A stretch of 64,000 nucleotides of DNA from Camelus dromedarius (taxonomy: Eukaryota): positions 108,316,001-108,380,000 of the forward strand of contig NC_087437.1 of NCBI RefSeq assembly GCF_036321535.1. The letters are read 5' to 3'. Below the pieces are notes generated by a model, which saw only the letters and a list, made by a program, of their open reading frames with translations, made no database searches and was not told the DNA's origin. A program made the position numbers and the translations under genes. Positions 62,679 through 64,000 of the stretch are shown in pieces (the stretch's first letter is position 1; every line of letters starts with the position of its first letter).

Positions 62679-62776
62679 GTTTTGTTTTGTTTTGTTATGG
62701 TTTGGTTTGGTTTGGTTTTTTATTGAAGTATAGTCAGTTTACAGTGTTGTGTCAGTTTCTGGTGTACAGCACAATA
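62679..62776 (-). mobile_element. Short L1 3'-end insertion with (TTTTG)/(TTTGG)n tail
   Basis: tttttattgaagtatagtcagtttacagtgttgtgtcagtttctggtgtacagcacaat; direct repeat CCCTGTT at 62672-62678 and 62777-62783. Confidence 0.85.
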
Positions 62777-64000
62777 CCCTGTTTTTGAGTGTGACTGTAG
62801 AGCACTATCCAAATGTCCTCCCATATAGCCACAGGAAAACTTGTGCCTGGTGTTTTAAGGAGGAAATGTGAGATGTAATATTTCTTAGGGAGATAAGCCT
62901 TTGTTAATTTAAGGCTGATGAGCAAAAACAGAAGTTGTGGCACCACTGACAGGGGTCACAGTCTAGCAAATTAAAATTTTGAGCCAATAGAACAACAAGG
63001 AGACCCTGAATCATGACAAGAAAATGTGCATGATAAAGGGGCCCTGGGAGAATGAGGCCTTGGTCCAGCCTCCTTTTGTGTGGTTATTCTTAAAGCAAAG
63101 AACTCTAAAATTGTCCTCATGCTATGCAATTGTGTACATTGTTTGCCTTCCTCCAAGGCAGTGTGCCCTGGAGGAGGAAAGTCACATATTCACATTTTTA
63201 TACCAGTTACTATGGTTCTCAAACTTGCAGCCTTTAAAGCTGAGATTCTCCTGCTTGTCCCAAGTCTTGTTCATTCTGTTCTAATTCTTGAGAGGTGATC
63301 AGTTCTCTAAGATAGAAAGAATTGGTTCCCCATGCCAGATATTTTTAAAAATTTTTGGAGGGTAGGACGATAGTGTGGGATTTGGGGAAAGAAGGAACAC
63401 AGACAAGGAATACCCACTTACCAGATACATATTTACTGAATGGACATTCTAGAACTCTTGTGTCATGCCATTAATGGACGAGACACTGATAAGATGCAAT
63501 AAATCTCCAGAGCCTGGTGGGGAACTAAGACTGCAGATCCAGAAGAGTTGCTAAATATAAATGTAGGAAGATTCTAGAAGTAAATTTTGCTTCTAGCAGG
63601 AGCTGTTTTCATGACTGGAGCTAGTCAACACAATGCAACTGCCACCATCCTCCTGAACAGTATTAGTTTTGAGGATACCTATAGGATCACTGAGGGATCA
63701 CAGAACATTGTATTCACTCAAGACATTGGTTGCTTGATACAGAATAAGAGCAGAGCCCATGACTGACTCCGCATCACTTTCTCTGGCTCCCTAGTCATAA
63801 ACCCAACACCTCCTGCTATCATATGAAACTGGGAAAGCTTTGTCAAGAATGAAACATATGAGATTTAATCTGACTTGCAACTAGTAGCTTATTAACCCAC
63901 TGTAGTTTCATAAATATGGTCAAAAAACACCAGACTCATAGATCAGAGAAAAACCTTTACTACGCCTGAGCTTCACTTTCCCAAGTGATGCTGCACACAC

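Noticed and set aside
1..64000. CRISPR array, operon, rRNA, CpG island or any prokaryote-type system
   Set aside because: The sequence is mammalian repeat-rich non-coding DNA with no regularly spaced repeats, long ORFs or CpG-dense segment.

Overview
AT-rich, CpG-poor mammalian genomic DNA, most likely from a camelid (alpaca/llama/camel). The basis is two tRNA-Ala-derived Vic-1-type SINEs and cetartiodactyl-type L1 3' ends; I recognised no Bov-A, PRE1 or Alu. I found no recognisable protein-coding exon, RNA gene or CpG island, so the window is intergenic or lies in a long intron. It is dominated by transposable elements: 5'-truncated L1s of several ages (three with clear target-site duplications, TSDs), MaLR (MLT1) and ERV1/ERVL solo LTRs, L2, MIR, hAT (MER5, MER58) and MARNA remnants, plus microsatellites. 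The only ORFs with recognisable homology are L1 ORF2 fragments. I see no evidence of a new biological system. The best-supported unusual observations are structural: (1) an L1 whose two 14-bp TSD copies are now inverted, implying a local inversion plus deletion (27.0-27.5 kb); (2) a 25-bp 'minimal' L1 insertion with a 13-bp TSD (60.4 kb); (3) a solo LTR nested in another solo LTR (60.9-62.0 kb); (4) a young L1 nested in an L1MA, with ORF2 broken by a single stop, and an inverted sister copy 10 kb away; (5) a SINE with an anomalous TSD. A promoter-like or exon-like unique block at 2.5-2.9 kb is the best functional candidate. Repeat subfamily names are from remembered consensus similarity, and boundaries of old repeats are approximate.
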